DNA from: an uncultured Actinomycetota bacterium
GTDB taxonomy: Bacteria; Actinomycetota; UBA4738
Reading direction: 5' to 3'
Assembly (NCBI GenBank): GCA_963770955.1
Contig: CAVYRK010000007.1
Coordinates: forward strand, 145,769-209,768
Length of the DNA stretch: 64,000 nucleotides
Shown here: one piece after another, positions 18,272 through 29,383 of the stretch
How the letters are laid out: each line of letters opens with the position of its first letter
Numbering within the stretch: position 1 is the first letter of the stretch
The notes under the pieces: generated by a model
The model's input: only the letters and a program-made list of their open reading frames with translations
What the model was told of the DNA's origin: nothing
The model's database searches: none
Made by a program: the position numbers and the translations under genes

Positions 18272-21091
18272 CTACGGGGCGTCGCGACGCGGCCGGCGCC
18301 GGATGACCGCTTTCCGCGCCTCTTCAGCCAGGAAGATCACGGGGATGAATGCTACGAGATAGAGCCACCATCCCGCGCCGATCGCCGCGGTCCCGAACAG
18401 GGGTTGCAGCAGGGGCAGGTAGATCAGTACCGCCGCGAAGACGACCTCGAACGCGATGCCCCACAGCAGGAAGCGGTTGCCGAACAACCCGATCCGGAAC
18501 ACGGACACGCGCTCGGTCCGGCAGGCAAACGCGTTGCCGACCTGCATCAACACGATCCCGAGAAACACGATCGTTGTGGCCTGGAGTCCGATTTCCTTCG
18601 TTGGGGCGGCGGGCTGCCCCCAGGACCACCCGTGCGACGACAAGAACAGGAAGAACGCAGAGAGGACCACCGCCGCAGCCATCCCCCCGAGGAATCCGTA
18701 TCCGCGAACGAGCGCACCGCCGGAGAGGAGCCGCTCGCCGCGCTTGCGAGGGGGCCGGGACATGACGTCGGGCTCGGCGCGCTCGACGCCGAGGGCCAGT
18801 GCGGGGAGGGTCTCGGTTCCGAGGTCGATGGCGAGGATCTGCATCACCGTGATGGGAAGCGGGATCCGAAACAGCGCGTAGAAGATGAACGGAATCGCCT
18901 CGGGCGACAGGTGGGCGAAGATGTAGACGATGAACTTGCGCATGTTGTCAAAGATGGCTCGACCTTCCTCGACGGCTCCGACGATCGTGGCGAAGTTGTC
19001 GTCGACGAGGACCATGTCGGCCGCTTCACGGGCCACGTCGGTTCCGGCGAGGCCCATCGCGACCCCGATGTCGGCTCGCTTGAGGGCCGGGGCGTCGTTC
19101 ACCCCGTCGCCGGTCACCGCGACCACCTCTCCCAGGTCCCGCAGCGCGGTCACGATCCGAAGCTTGTGCTCGGGGGTGGCGCGCGAGAAGAGCACCTGCT
19201 CGGATGCGAGGACCGCCCGCAGGTCCTCGTCCCCCATGCTCTCGAGGTCGCCGGCGTCCACCACCGTGACCGGTCCCGCGCGCACGATGCCGACCTGCCG
19301 GGCGATCGATTCCGCGGTCAGGCCGTAGTCGCCGGTGATCATGATGATCCGGATGCCGGCGATCCGGCACTTCTCCACCGCGGCCGGAACCTCGTCACGC
19401 GGCGGGTCCTGCATCCCGATCAGGCCCGCGAAGATCAACTCCTCCTCGACCGCTCCCGGAGGGATCGAGGTGATGATCGGCTCGTCCTCCGCCGGAAGGT
19501 ATCGATACGCCGTCGCGAGCACCCGCAGACCCAAGAGGGCCATCCGGTCGTTCTCCCGGACGACCCGTTCGCGCAGCTCGTCGGTGAGCGGCAGCTCCCG
19601 GCCGTCCTGCAGGGCCTCCGTGCAGTGCTCCAGAAGCTCCCGGGGCGATCCCTTCACGTACGCGACCAGCTGGCCCTCCTGCGGGAGGGCGCGGTGAATG
19701 GTGGACATGCGTTTGCGCTTGGGCTCGAAGGCCAGCTTCCGCACGACGGGCCGAAGCCGAACGTCGAACTCGCGGTCCAGCCCCGCCTTGGCGGCGGCAA
19801 CCAGAAGGGCCCCTTCCGTCGGATCCCCTGTCGTTCGCCAGCCTTCGTCCTCGTTCAGCGGACCGATCAGCTTGGCCGAGTTGCACAGGTGGCCGATCCG
19901 GAGCGCCGGATGGAAGGCGACCAGCTCGGCCTTCGTCGCAATGCGCCCGTCGATCAGGAAGTCCCCTTCCGGCGCGTACCCCACTCCCGTCACGGTGGCG
20001 AGGCGTCCCACCGCCCACACCTCCTTGACGGTCATCTGGTTCTTGGTGATGGTGCCGGTCTTGTCCGTGCAGATCACCGTGCACGAGCCGAGGGTCTCCA
20101 CCGAGGACAGCCGCTTGACGATGGCCTTCCGGGCCGCCATCCGCTGCACGCCCATCGCGAGCGCGAGGGTCATCGTGGGCAGAAGGCCCTCCGGAACGTT
20201 CGCGAGGACGATGCCGATCGCGAAGATCGCTCCGTTCCGCAGGGTCAGGCCGGCCACCAGATACCCGATGAGGAAGAACCCCACGCCCATGGCGACGGAG
20301 AGGAGCGCGACCCGCTGCGCGACGCGCCCAACCTCGACCTGGAGCGGACTCGGTTCCTGACGGACGGCCTGGGTGAGCTGGGCGATCCGACCGAACTCGG
20401 TGTGCATGCCCGTGGCCACGACGACGGCCGTCGCGTCGCCGGAGATGATCGTGCTGCCGGCGAAGACCATGTTGTGCGCCTGGATGGCCGTCTTCGGAGG
20501 CACGGGCTCGGGATCGGCGACCTTGTGCACCGGCACGGCTTCGCCGGTCAGGCTCGACTCATCGGACCGAAGATCCGCGGCATCGACGAGCCGGGCATCG
20601 GCGGAGACCTTGTCTCCTTCCTCGAGGACGAGGACGTCTCCCGGCACCAGCTCATCGGCGGGGATGCGGAGCTGTTGACCCTCTCGCCGCACGGCGGCGG
20701 CGGCGGGGAGCAGGCGCTTCAGCGCCGCCACGGCACGCTCCGCCCGATTCTCCTGGAGGAAGCCGAAGACGCCGTTCAGCACGATGACCGCGACGATGGC
20801 GACGGCGATGCCGGGCTGTCCCGAGACCAACGCGAGGACGCTTCCCGCCCACAGCAGCAACGCGAACAGATGTGTGAACTGGCCCCCCAGTCGCCGCACC
20901 CAGCTCGGGCCCGGCACCTCCTCGATGCGGTTGGGCCCCATTCTGGTCAGGCGCTCGGCCGCATCGGTCCCGGAGAGACCCGACGGGCCGGTGTCGAGCG
21001 CGTCGAACACCTCGTCCCGGCCCAGAACCGGGATGCGCCCGGGCTCACTGGGAAGGCGTGTGGCTACCGCGGCCTCGGGTCGACCCTGCAT
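18272..21091 (-). CDS. Cation-transporting P-type ATPase (type II; CtpF-like), second copy
   Basis: 939 aa with TGE (LTGEAVPV), ICTDKTGTIT, MITGDYGLTAESIAR and VTGDGVNDAPALKRADIGVAMG. Confidence 0.9.
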   Translation of the reverse strand: MQGRPEAAVATRLPSEPGRIPVLGRDEVFDALDTGPSGLSGTDAAERLTRMGPNRIEEVPGPSWVRRLGGQFTHLFALLLWAGSVLALVSGQPGIAVAIVAVIVLNGVFGFLQENRAERAVAALKRLLPAAAAVRREGQQLRIPADELVPGDVLVLEEGDKVSADARLVDAADLRSDESSLTGEAVPVHKVADPEPVPPKTAIQAHNMVFAGSTIISGDATAVVVATGMHTEFGRIAQLTQAVRQEPSPLQVEVGRVAQRVALLSVAMGVGFFLIGYLVAGLTLRNGAIFAIGIVLANVPEGLLPTMTLALAMGVQRMAARKAIVKRLSSVETLGSCTVICTDKTGTITKNQMTVKEVWAVGRLATVTGVGYAPEGDFLIDGRIATKAELVAFHPALRIGHLCNSAKLIGPLNEDEGWRTTGDPTEGALLVAAAKAGLDREFDVRLRPVVRKLAFEPKRKRMSTIHRALPQEGQLVAYVKGSPRELLEHCTEALQDGRELPLTDELRERVVRENDRMALLGLRVLATAYRYLPAEDEPIITSIPPGAVEEELIFAGLIGMQDPPRDEVPAAVEKCRIAGIRIIMITGDYGLTAESIARQVGIVRAGPVTVVDAGDLESMGDEDLRAVLASEQVLFSRATPEHKLRIVTALRDLGEVVAVTGDGVNDAPALKRADIGVAMGLAGTDVAREAADMVLVDDNFATIVGAVEEGRAIFDNMRKFIVYIFAHLSPEAIPFIFYALFRIPLPITVMQILAIDLGTETLPALALGVERAEPDVMSRPPRKRGERLLSGGALVRGYGFLGGMAAAVVLSAFFLFLSSHGWSWGQPAAPTKEIGLQATTIVFLGIVLMQVGNAFACRTERVSVFRIGLFGNRFLLWGIAFEVVFAAVLIYLPLLQPLFGTAAIGAGWWLYLVAFIPVIFLAEEARKAVIRRRPRRDAP

Positions 21092-21126
21092 TCGACCACT
21101 CTAGGGCGGGAGCCCGGACGCCTTGA

Positions 21127-22197
21127 TCAACAGATGCGAGGGAGCTGATCGCCGGACAGCAGCAGCAGCGGCCGGCTCCCGCCCAGACCGGTGCGGACGC
21201 GCACCGCGGGCTCCCCCGCTTCGACGCGGCCGACGATCGCGGCGTGCTCTCCGAGCGGATGTGCCCGGGCGGCCGCGAGCACGGCATCGGCGTCCGGGCC
21301 GTGCACCACGGCGACGCACACGCCTTCGTTGGCGACGTACAGCGGGTCGAGCCCGAGCATCTCGCACGCGCCCCGGACCGGATCGGGGATCGGGTACGCC
21401 TCCTCCTCCGTGGTGATGGCGGCGGACGAGGCCTGGGCGATCTCGTTCAGCACGCTCGCCACGCCGCCGCGCGTCGCGTCCCGGAGCGCGTGGACGTCCC
21501 CCGCCGCGAGCATCGCCCGCACGACGCCGGTCAGCGGAGCGCTGTCGCTCGCCGGCGCCCCATCGAACTCGATGCCCGCGCGGCGCGACATGACCGCCAC
21601 GCCGTGCGCCCCGATCGGCCCCGAGACCAGCACCGCGTCGCCGGGCCGCGCGCGCTCGGGCCCGAGCTCGACGCCGGCCGGAACCACCCCGACGCCTGCG
21701 GTCGTCACGTAGAGGCCGTCGGCGCTCCCCCGCTCCACCACCTTGGTGTCGCCCGTCACGAGCTCGACGCCGGCACCCTCGCAGGCCGCCGCCATCGACG
21801 CCACCACGCGGCGAAGGTCGTCCATCGGCAGGCCCTCCTCCAGGATCAGGGCCGCCGACAGGAACAGGGGCGTCGCGCCCATCATCGCCAGGTCGTTCAC
21901 CGTGCCGTTCACCGACAGGGCACCGATGTCGGACCCGGGAAAGAACCTGGGCTGCACCACGAACGCATCCGTAGTGAACGCGAGCCGCACGCCCTCGGCC
22001 TCCACGACCGCGGCGTCGCCGAGGCGCGACAGCTCGCGTCCCCCGAACGCGGGGAGGAACACCGACCGGATCAGGTCCGCGGTCAGACGGCCGCCGCTGC
22101 CGTGCCCCAGCAGCACCGACTCGCCGGCCGGGAGCGGCACGGGGCACTCCAGCGCAACCTCCGTGCCGCGCGCGTCGGCGGGCTCCCCGCGCTCCAC
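21127..22197 (-). CDS. hypE: Hydrogenase expression/formation protein HypE
   Basis: AIR-synthase-like fold and HypE motifs ([17 protein letters not shown]). The diagnostic C-terminal ...GDQLPRIC is present. GTG start overlaps the hypD stop. Confidence 0.9.
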   Translation of the reverse strand: MERGEPADARGTEVALECPVPLPAGESVLLGHGSGGRLTADLIRSVFLPAFGGRELSRLGDAAVVEAEGVRLAFTTDAFVVQPRFFPGSDIGALSVNGTVNDLAMMGATPLFLSAALILEEGLPMDDLRRVVASMAAACEGAGVELVTGDTKVVERGSADGLYVTTAGVGVVPAGVELGPERARPGDAVLVSGPIGAHGVAVMSRRAGIEFDGAPASDSAPLTGVVRAMLAAGDVHALRDATRGGVASVLNEIAQASSAAITTEEEAYPIPDPVRGACEMLGLDPLYVANEGVCVAVVHGPDADAVLAAARAHPLGEHAAIVGRVEAGEPAVRVRTGLGGSRPLLLLSGDQLPRIC

Positions 22198-23302
22198 TCA
22201 CGACGGTACCGTCTCGCGGCGGCGGCCGGCCAGGTAGTACGCGGCGCAGGCGCCCTCCGACGACACCATCGGGGCTCCGAGCGGGTGCTCGGGCGTGCAC
22301 TCCGTTCCGAACACCGAGCAGTGGTGCGGGCTTCGCCCTGCCCTGCAGCACCATGCCGGCGATGCACTTCTCGGACTCGGGAACCTCCTCGATCACCTCC
22401 GGGAAGCGGGCCTCGGCGTCGAACGCGCGGTAGGGCTCGGTGAGCCGGAACCCGCTGTTCGGAATCGGCCCCAGGCCCCGCCACGCGCGGTCGCACGGCT
22501 CGAACACCTCGGCGACCACCCGCATGGCGGCGGCGTTCCCCTCGCGGACCACCGAGCGGACGTACTGGTTCTCCACCTCCGCGCGCCCTTCCTCCAGTTG
22601 CAGGACGGCCATGCGGATGCCCTCCAGGAGGTCGAGCGGCTCGAACCCCGTCACGACGATCGGCACGCGGAACCGCTCGGCGATCGGCTCGTACTCCGTC
22701 CACCCCATGACCGTGCAGACGTGCCCGGGCGCCAGGAACGCCTGGACCCGGTTGCCGGGCGAGGCCAGGATCGCCAGCATCGCCGGTGGCACCAACACGT
22801 GCGCGACCAGCAGCGTGAAGTTGTCGATGCCCCGGAGCTTCGCCTGCCGAACGGCCATGGCGTTCGCCGGCGCGGTCGTCTCGAAGCCGACGGCGAAGAA
22901 CACGACCGTCCGGTCGGGGTTCGCGCGAGCGACCTCCACCGCGTCCAGCGGGGAGTACACGACGCGGACGTCGCCGCCGGCGGCCCGCGCCATGAACAGG
23001 TCCTCGCTCGAGCCGGGCACGCGCAGCATGTCGCCGAACGAGGTCAGTATCACGTCGGGCCGCTTCGCCAGCGACACGGCGCGGTCGATGACGGCGAGCG
23101 GCGTGACGCACACGGGACACCCGGGGCCGTGCACCATCTCGACCTCGTCGGGCAGGAGCTCGTCGATCCCCTGCCGCACCAGCGTATGCGTCTGCCCGCC
23201 GCAGACCTCCATGATCGTCCACGGCCGGGTGACCGTGTGCCGGATGTCGGCGAGCATGCCGCGCGCGATGCGCGAGTCGCGGTACTCGTCCACGTACCTC
23301 AC
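22198..23302 (-). CDS. hypD: Hydrogenase formation protein HypD; apparent +1 frameshift at ~22316 separates the C-terminal CPxFG...[22 protein letters not shown] segment
   Basis: N-terminus (V)RYVDEYRD... and motifs [15 protein letters not shown]. After ...LQGRAKPA the conserved [30 protein letters not shown] is found in another frame. Deleting one C restores KPAHCSVFG. Confidence 0.85.
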
Positions 23303-23580
23303 GGCGCTGCCCCCTCTCTGGCCACCGGCGGCTCCTGGGGCAGGTCGATGCCCTCGAGATTCCCCATCTCCTCCAGCAGCGCGTACGAGCGCGCTGCCTC
23401 TTCCTCGTCGACCACCGAGATCGCGAATCCGACGTGGACGATGACGAACGAGCCGACGTCCACCTCCGGCGCGTACTCCAGGCACGCCCGCCTGGTGATC
23501 CCGCCGAAGTCGACCACCCCCATGCGAAGGCCGTCCTCCGCGTAGACCTCCGTCACCTTCCCCGGCACGCCAAGGCACAT
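23299..23580 (-). CDS. hypC: Hydrogenase maturation factor HypC
   Basis: [12 protein letters not shown]... (the essential Cys2) and ~93 aa total. Overlaps the hypD start (GTGA). Confidence 0.85.
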   Translation of the reverse strand: MCLGVPGKVTEVYAEDGLRMGVVDFGGITRRACLEYAPEVDVGSFVIVHVGFAISVVDEEEAARSYALLEEMGNLEGIDLPQEPPVAREGAAP

Positions 23581-23587
23581 GACGTCA

Positions 23588-25912
23588 TCACCTCCACTCG
23601 CTCGCCCGACCCTCACCCCGGCGGCCATGCGCCACCAGCACCTGTCCGAGGCTGATCCCTCCGTCGCCCGCGGGCGCCTGTCGCGGCACGAAGACCTGGA
23701 AATCGTTGCGCTCCAGCCGTTCCACTGTAGCGGTCAGGAGCAGATCGTTCTGGAACACTCCGCCCGCCAGGCACACGCGATCCGGGCCGCCGTCGTTCCT
23801 GATGGCGCGGCACACACCCTCGACGGCGGCGGCGACCGCGCGGTGGAACCGCATCGACACGGTGCCGGCATGCTCACCCGCGCCCAGGTCGGACACCACG
23901 GCGGCGATCACGGGCCTCGTGTCCACCAGGAACCGGCCGCCGTCACGCTCCACCGCGGCCGGATACGCTCCCGTCGCGCTCGGGTCCGCGGCCTGCTCCA
24001 GGAGGATGGCCGGCTGTCCCTCGTACGTCGCCCGGCCGCACACGCCGGCGAGCGCGGCCACGGCGTCGAACAACCGGCCCGCCGAGCTGGTGAGCGGCGA
24101 GGCCAGGCCGGTGTCGAGCTGCGCCAGCACGACGCCGCGTTCCTCGTGGGACAGTCGATCGGCGCCGCCTCCGTCCACGAGCGCGAGCGCTTCCTCCAGC
24201 ACACCGGCATCAAGGGCATGCGCCAGCGCCATGCGCTCGGGCCGCCGCACGGCGGCGTCGCCGCCCGGCTGACGCACCTGGCGCAGGTGCCCCGCGCGCT
24301 CGGCGCGCCGCTCGTCGCACACCAGGAATTCCCCGCCCCAGGCGGTTCCATCCTCGCCCAGGCCGAACCCGTCGAACGCCACGCCGAGCACCGTGCCGGT
24401 GAGGCCGTGCTCGGCCATGACGGCGGCGACGTGCGCGTGATGGTGCTGCACGGCGACCGACGGGAGGCCGAGCGACTCGGCCAGCCGTGTGGACGCGAAG
24501 TCGGGATGCAGGTCGTGGGCGACCACCTCCGGCTCGATGCCGAACAGGGCGCGGTACCGCTCCAGCGCCGCCCGGAACGCCGCGACGGTCGGTTCCGAGT
24601 CCAGGTCACCGACGTGCTGGGAGAGGAAGGCCCGGTCCCCGCTCGCCAGGCAGAAGGCCGCATGCAGCTCGGCCCCGACCCCCAGGGCCGGGATCACCTC
24701 GTGGGCGAGCCGAAGGGGCGCCGGAGCGAGCCCCCGGGCCCGGCGCATCACGGCCGGCGCGCCGCGCCAGACCCTGACGACCGAGTCGTCGTAGCGCGCG
24801 ACGATGTCCCGGTCGTGCACCAGGAAGGCGTCGGCGATGGCTCCGAGGGTCGTCGCCGCCTCGGCGTTCCCCGTGCAGATCGGCTCATCGGATCGGTTCC
24901 CGCTCGTCATCACCAGCGGGCGCCCGGCCTCGCGCAGCAGCAGATGGTGCAGCGGCGTGGAGGGCAGCATCGCCCCCTGGCGCCGGTGTCCGGGGGCCAC
25001 GGACTCCGCCAGCAGGCCGCGGTCGCGGACCAGCACGATCGGAGCGACGGCGCCGGCGAGCGCCCGCTCGTCGTCGGGGGAGAGATCGAACCGGCGGCGC
25101 GCCTCGTCGAGCGTCGCCACCATCACCGCGAACGGCTTGTCCGGGCGCGCCTTCCGAAGGCGCAGCTCGCGGACCGCCCGGTCGTTCGTGGCGTCGCACG
25201 CCAGCTGGAAGCCACCCAGGCCCTTCACGGCGACGATCGCGCCGGCACGCAGCAGCCGCGCCGCGGCCTCGATGGGATCGTCGTCCCCCGTCCCGAGCGC
25301 GCGTCCGTCGGCCGCGACCAGCGAGATTCGCGGGCCGCAGGCCGGACACGCCACCGGCTCGGCGTGGAAGCGCCGGTCCGCCGGGTCCCCGTACTCGCGC
25401 GCACAGGCCGCGCAGAGCGGAAAGGCCCGCATGCTGGTGCGCTCGCGGTCGTACGGGAGCCCTTCGATGATCGTGAACCGCGGGCCGCAGTCGGTGCAGT
25501 TCACGAACGGGTACCGGTGGCGGCGGTCGCCGGGGTCGAACAGCTCCGCGAGACAGGCGGCGCACGTGGCGACGTCCGGCGGAACCATCCGGCCCGCCTC
25601 GCCCGCCTCGCCCGCCTCGCTCGCCGCGACCACGAACGACGAGCGGCCCGTCGCGAGGGCCGGTGTGGTGCGGACCGAGTCGACGCGCGCGAGCGGCGGC
25701 GCCTCCCGGGCGATCGCGTCCGTGAAGGCCTCCAGCGCCTCCGGACGGCCTTCGGCCCGGATCTCGACCACGCCGTCCCGGTTGCGCACCCATCCCCCCA
25801 CCCCGTGGCGTTGCGCCAGCCGCCACACGTGCGGCCGGAACCCGACGCCCTGGACGACGCCGCGCACCTCGACCTCGAGCGCCCGCACGTCCGTCCGCAG
25901 CGCCTCCGTCAT
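23588..25912 (-). CDS. hypF: Carbamoyltransferase HypF
   Basis: 775 aa from MTEALRTD. N-terminal acylphosphatase (VRGVVQGVGFRPHVWRLAQRHGVGGWVRN), two CxxC Zn-finger pairs, then YrdC and Kae1-like regions. Confidence 0.9.
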   Translation of the reverse strand: MTEALRTDVRALEVEVRGVVQGVGFRPHVWRLAQRHGVGGWVRNRDGVVEIRAEGRPEALEAFTDAIAREAPPLARVDSVRTTPALATGRSSFVVAASEAGEAGEAGRMVPPDVATCAACLAELFDPGDRRHRYPFVNCTDCGPRFTIIEGLPYDRERTSMRAFPLCAACAREYGDPADRRFHAEPVACPACGPRISLVAADGRALGTGDDDPIEAAARLLRAGAIVAVKGLGGFQLACDATNDRAVRELRLRKARPDKPFAVMVATLDEARRRFDLSPDDERALAGAVAPIVLVRDRGLLAESVAPGHRRQGAMLPSTPLHHLLLREAGRPLVMTSGNRSDEPICTGNAEAATTLGAIADAFLVHDRDIVARYDDSVVRVWRGAPAVMRRARGLAPAPLRLAHEVIPALGVGAELHAAFCLASGDRAFLSQHVGDLDSEPTVAAFRAALERYRALFGIEPEVVAHDLHPDFASTRLAESLGLPSVAVQHHHAHVAAVMAEHGLTGTVLGVAFDGFGLGEDGTAWGGEFLVCDERRAERAGHLRQVRQPGGDAAVRRPERMALAHALDAGVLEEALALVDGGGADRLSHEERGVVLAQLDTGLASPLTSSAGRLFDAVAALAGVCGRATYEGQPAILLEQAADPSATGAYPAAVERDGGRFLVDTRPVIAAVVSDLGAGEHAGTVSMRFHRAVAAAVEGVCRAIRNDGGPDRVCLAGGVFQNDLLLTATVERLERNDFQVFVPRQAPAGDGGISLGQVLVAHGRRGEGRASEWR

Positions 25913-26397
25913 CGGCGCGCGACCCCGGCGAGCTCTCTGGCGACGCCGGCCGCCGCGGCGGCGACGTCCGGAATCGCCGCCAGAACCGGGGGCGAGAGCG
26001 GGCTCCCGGCCGCGACGTCGCGCACCTCGACCCCGACGAACGCCACCCGGGAGGGCACGCCCACCGCCGCGGCGACCCCCACGGTCTCGGCGACCCCGAG
26101 GCCGTGCGAGGACAGCGCGGAGCGCAACCCGTCGGGAATGCCGTCGCGGAGGTCGTCCACCCGCACGACCTCTCCCGGCCGGTACGCCCCGCGCGACCGC
26201 ACCGCGTCGACGACGACGGCCGGGATTCCGTCCTGCAGCAGGTCCAGCAGCCGCAGAGGCGAGCCGGCCTCGACGACCTCGGCGCCCGGCACGTCTCGGA
26301 GCAGCCGCCGGATCTCGGCCGCGGCCGCGAGGCCGGCGCCGTCGTCGCCCGCATCGGGATTGCCGCAAGCGATCACGCGGACCGCGGCCTCGCTCAT
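25909..26397 (-). CDS. Hydrogenase maturation (C-terminal processing) endopeptidase
   Basis: [26 protein letters not shown]... is typical of HycI/HoxW-type proteases. ~162 aa. Sits between the large subunit and hypF (ATGA overlap). Confidence 0.8.
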   Translation of the reverse strand: MSEAAVRVIACGNPDAGDDGAGLAAAAEIRRLLRDVPGAEVVEAGSPLRLLDLLQDGIPAVVVDAVRSRGAYRPGEVVRVDDLRDGIPDGLRSALSSHGLGVAETVGVAAAVGVPSRVAFVGVEVRDVAAGSPLSPPVLAAIPDVAAAAAGVARELAGVARR

Positions 26398-27710
26398 TCC
26401 CGGCGCACGTCCAATCGAAGGAAGTGTGTCGCGCAGGAGATGCACGGGTCGTACGTCCGAACGAGCATCTCGCACGACAGCGCGAGCTCCGGGTCGGGTT
26501 GGTGGACGACGCCGGGAATGAACGCCCGGAGGTCCTCCTCGATGTGCCGGAGGTTCTGTGAGGTGGGCGGGACGATCTTCGCCTCGAGGATCGTGCCGTC
26601 GCCGCCCACGTCGTAGCGGTGGAAGAGGATGCCGCGAGGAGCCTCGGTCACCCAGGCGCCCCGCCCCGCCTTCGGCCGGACGTCGGCCATGGGCGGCTCG
26701 GGAGGCTCGTACGCCTCGATCAGGCGCAGCGACTCCTCCAGGGCGACCGCCGTCTCGACGACCCGGGCCGGCATCGACGCGAAGCGATCGCGCACCGCAC
26801 CCCCGTCGACGCCGAGCCGGACCGCCAGCTCGGCCGCCACCGGCGTCAGCCGGCCCCGGTTCAGGTTCAGCCGGGCGAGCGGCCCCACCATGTAGGAGCC
26901 GCCGCCGGTGAACCGGGCGTGCAGCGCGTTGGAGTGCTCGACGTGCAGCTCCTCGACGGTCGTCCTCGAACGTCGCCGCGTCGAACGCGCGGCCCTCCGT
27001 CGACGCCAGCGTCCCCTCGTTCATCGGGTACTCGTCCGGATGCACCATCGCCACCATCTCGGTCGCGAGGTCGAAGGACGGCGCCGGCAACCCCGACGCC
27101 CACTCGGCGACGTCCCGGATCGCCGCGATCGCGTCCTGCGAGTCGGCCGGACAGCGCGCGCAGGTCCCGCGGTCGCGGCGCGCGCGAGAAGCCACCCACG
27201 CGCGGAGACACCGGATGGATCTCGCGGCCGCCGATCGTGGCCAGCAGGTCGTTGCCCAGTCGCTTGATCCGCAGGCCGCGCTCGACGGCGGCCCGTTCGC
27301 GCTGCGCCATCTCGATCGCGCTGTCGTATCCGAGGAGGTCCGGCGCGGCCAGCAGGTGGACGTGGAGCATGTGGCTCTCGATCCACTCCGCGCAGTACAG
27401 CATCCTGCGCAGCTCGCGCGTCCCCGGCGGCACCTCGCACCTCGAACAGCTCTTCCAGCGCGTGCACCGCGCTCATCTGGTACGCGACCGGACAGATGCC
27501 GCAGATCCGGGGAACGATGTCGGGCACCTCCGAGAAGTGGCGCCCGGCCAGGAAGGCCTCGAAGAACCGGGGCGGCTCGTAGATGTCCAGCCGGAGGTCG
27601 ACGATCTCGTCGCCGCGAAGCCCGAGGTGCAGCGCGCCCTCGCCCTCCACGCGGGCGATGGCCGGCACCTCGATGAGGCGGTTCGGCGACGCGGGGTTCG
27701 CGTGGGTCAC
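26394..27710 (-). CDS. hyhL: NiFe hydrogenase large (alpha) subunit, group 3b type; currently broken into three frames (at least 3 indels, including a 7-bp tandem duplication at 27431-27444)
   Basis: N-terminal [12 protein letters not shown]...[14 protein letters not shown] (RxCGxC). The mid-region [23 protein letters not shown] and [16 protein letters not shown] are in different frames. The C-terminus carries the DPCxxCxxH nickel motif ([10 protein letters not shown]) followed by a cleavable tail. Confidence 0.85.
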
Positions 27711-28511
27711 GTCGCGCACCTCCCGTTCCTGCGTCCCCTCGGTCTCCGGTTCGTCGAAGGCGTCCCGGAACGCGGGCGCCCATCCGGTGATGAACCGGAA
27801 GCTGGACGCGGCCAGCGACGGGGACATCCCGAGCTGGACGAACTGGCGGCGAAGCGCCTCCACGTTGGGCGGCTGCGAGGGACCGAAGCAGCCGTAGCAC
27901 CCGCGGCCGAAGGCGGGGCACAGCGCGCCGCAGCCGGTCCGCGTGACCGGTCCGAGACACGGCTCGCCCTTGGCCACGACCACGCAGACGTACCCGCGCC
28001 GCTTGCATTCGACGCAGACCGGCACGGTCGACACGCGAGGCATGGCGCCCTGCAGCAGTGACGCGATCGCGCCGAGCAGCTGGCCGCGGTCCACCGGGCA
28101 GCCCGTCAGCTCGAGGTCCACCCGCACGTGGTCGGCGATCGGCGTGGACGTGGCGAGCGAGCTGATGTACTCGGGCGTCGGGTAGACGGCCCGCACCGTC
28201 TCGCCCGCGTCCATCCAGTTGCGGAGCGCCTGCACGCCGCCCGACGTCGCACACGCGCCGATCGTCATCAGGAACGTCGAGACCTCGCGGATATGCGCGA
28301 TCTCCTCCAGCTGCGCCGGCGTCGACACCGACCCCTCCACGATCGTCACGTCGTAGGGGCCGGGGTCCGTGTGCGAGGTCGCCTCGGTGAACTGCACGAT
28401 GTCCACGGCCGTCGCCAGGTCGAGCAGCGCCTCCTCGGCGTCCAGCAGCTGCAGCTGGCACCCGTCGCACGAGGCCATCTTGAACACCGCGATGCGCGGC
28501 CGGGCGCTCAC
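27708..28511 (-). CDS. hyhS: NiFe hydrogenase small (delta) subunit, group 3b type; reads through into the large subunit with no in-frame stop (probable indel near its 3' end)
   Basis: (V)[23 protein letters not shown]..., [14 protein letters not shown] and the distal-cluster Cys motifs [12 protein letters not shown]...[30 protein letters not shown] start overlaps the gamma stop (GTGA). Confidence 0.8.
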
Positions 28512-29383
28512 AGCTCCGCCACTCCCAACCACTCCTCGGCCGTGCTCCAGGGAAAGACCGGCCCGTCGTGACACACGAACACGGGACCGAACTGGCAGTG
28601 CCCGCACAGGCGCACGGCGCACTGCATGTTCCGTTCCATGGACACCCACACGTGGTCCGGCGAAACGCCTCGGTCGACGAGACCCTTCGCCGCGAACCGC
28701 ATCATGATCTCCGGACCGCAGACGAACGCGGTCGTCCGGTGCGGGGCGAGCCCGGCCTGCTCGTACAGCGTGGTCACCACGCCGTGGGTGAACGGCCACG
28801 CGTCGTCCGGCACGTCGACGGTCTGATGGACCTCGATGGCGCGGTCGCGGATCCAGTGGCTCCACGCGTCGAGCTGGTGCCGGTACAGCATGTGCTCGGG
28901 CCCGCGGGCGCCGACCAGGATCATCACGCGGCGGAACCGCCTCCGACGGTGGATGGCCCGGTAGATGATGGGGCGCACCGGAGCGAGCCCCAGGCCGCCG
29001 GCCACGATGAGCAGGTCGCCGCCCTCGGCCTCGTCGACCGGCCAGGGCCGCCCGTACGGACCGCGCAGCCCCAGGCGGTCACCCGGACCGATCGACCGGA
29101 ACAGGTCGGTCACCCGTCCCGTGGCCCGGATGGTGTGGGCCAGGCGCTCGGGCGCGCCGGGTCCGACGAGATCGAGATCGGCACCTCTCCGGATCCGAAG
29201 ACGTACAGCATGTTGAACTGCCCGGGCAGGAACCGGTAGGCGGCCCGCCGTTCCGGGTCCGCGATGGACAGCCAGTACGTCGCGGTGTCGGGCGTCTCCT
29301 GCACGACCCGCCGCACCACGCGCGACCGAGTCCGGCATCAGCGAAACCGCCGGAACGGCCGCCGGGGCGACGACGGTGGTCAT
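28508..29383 (-). CDS. hyhG: Hydrogenase gamma subunit (FAD/NAD(P)-binding oxidoreductase with a C-terminal 2Fe-2S site); 1-2 apparent frameshifts (~29150 and ~29330)
   Basis: The N-terminal part [45 protein letters not shown] is in ORF 29110..29319. It continues in another frame as [15 protein letters not shown]...[13 protein letters not shown]...[23 protein letters not shown]. Confidence 0.75.
   Translation of the reverse strand: MTTVVAPAAVPAVSLMPDSVARGAAGRAGDARHRDVLAVHRGPGTAGRLPVPARAVQHAVRLRIRRGADLDLVGPGAPERLAHTIRATGRVTDLFRSIGPGDRLGLRGPYGRPWPVDEAEGGDLLIVAGGLGLAPVRPIIYRAIHRRRRFRRVMILVGARGPEHMLYRHQLDAWSHWIRDRAIEVHQTVDVPDDAWPFTHGVVTTLYEQAGLAPHRTTAFVCGPEIMMRFAAKGLVDRGVSPDHVWVSMERNMQCAVRLCGHCQFGPVFVCHDGPVFPWSTAEEWLGVAEL

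Noticed and set aside
22083-23222. 379-aa ORF overlapping hypD in another frame
   Set aside because: The translation is Arg/Gly low-complexity. The hypD frame carries all the conserved motifs
27708-28511. Alternative reading of the hydrogenase small and large subunits as a genuine single fused polypeptide
   Set aside because: A GTGA start/stop overlap is present in the adjacent frame exactly at the expected junction, and the window has many other ±1 indels. A local indel is more parsimonious than a novel fusion, though this is flagged as a finding for verification
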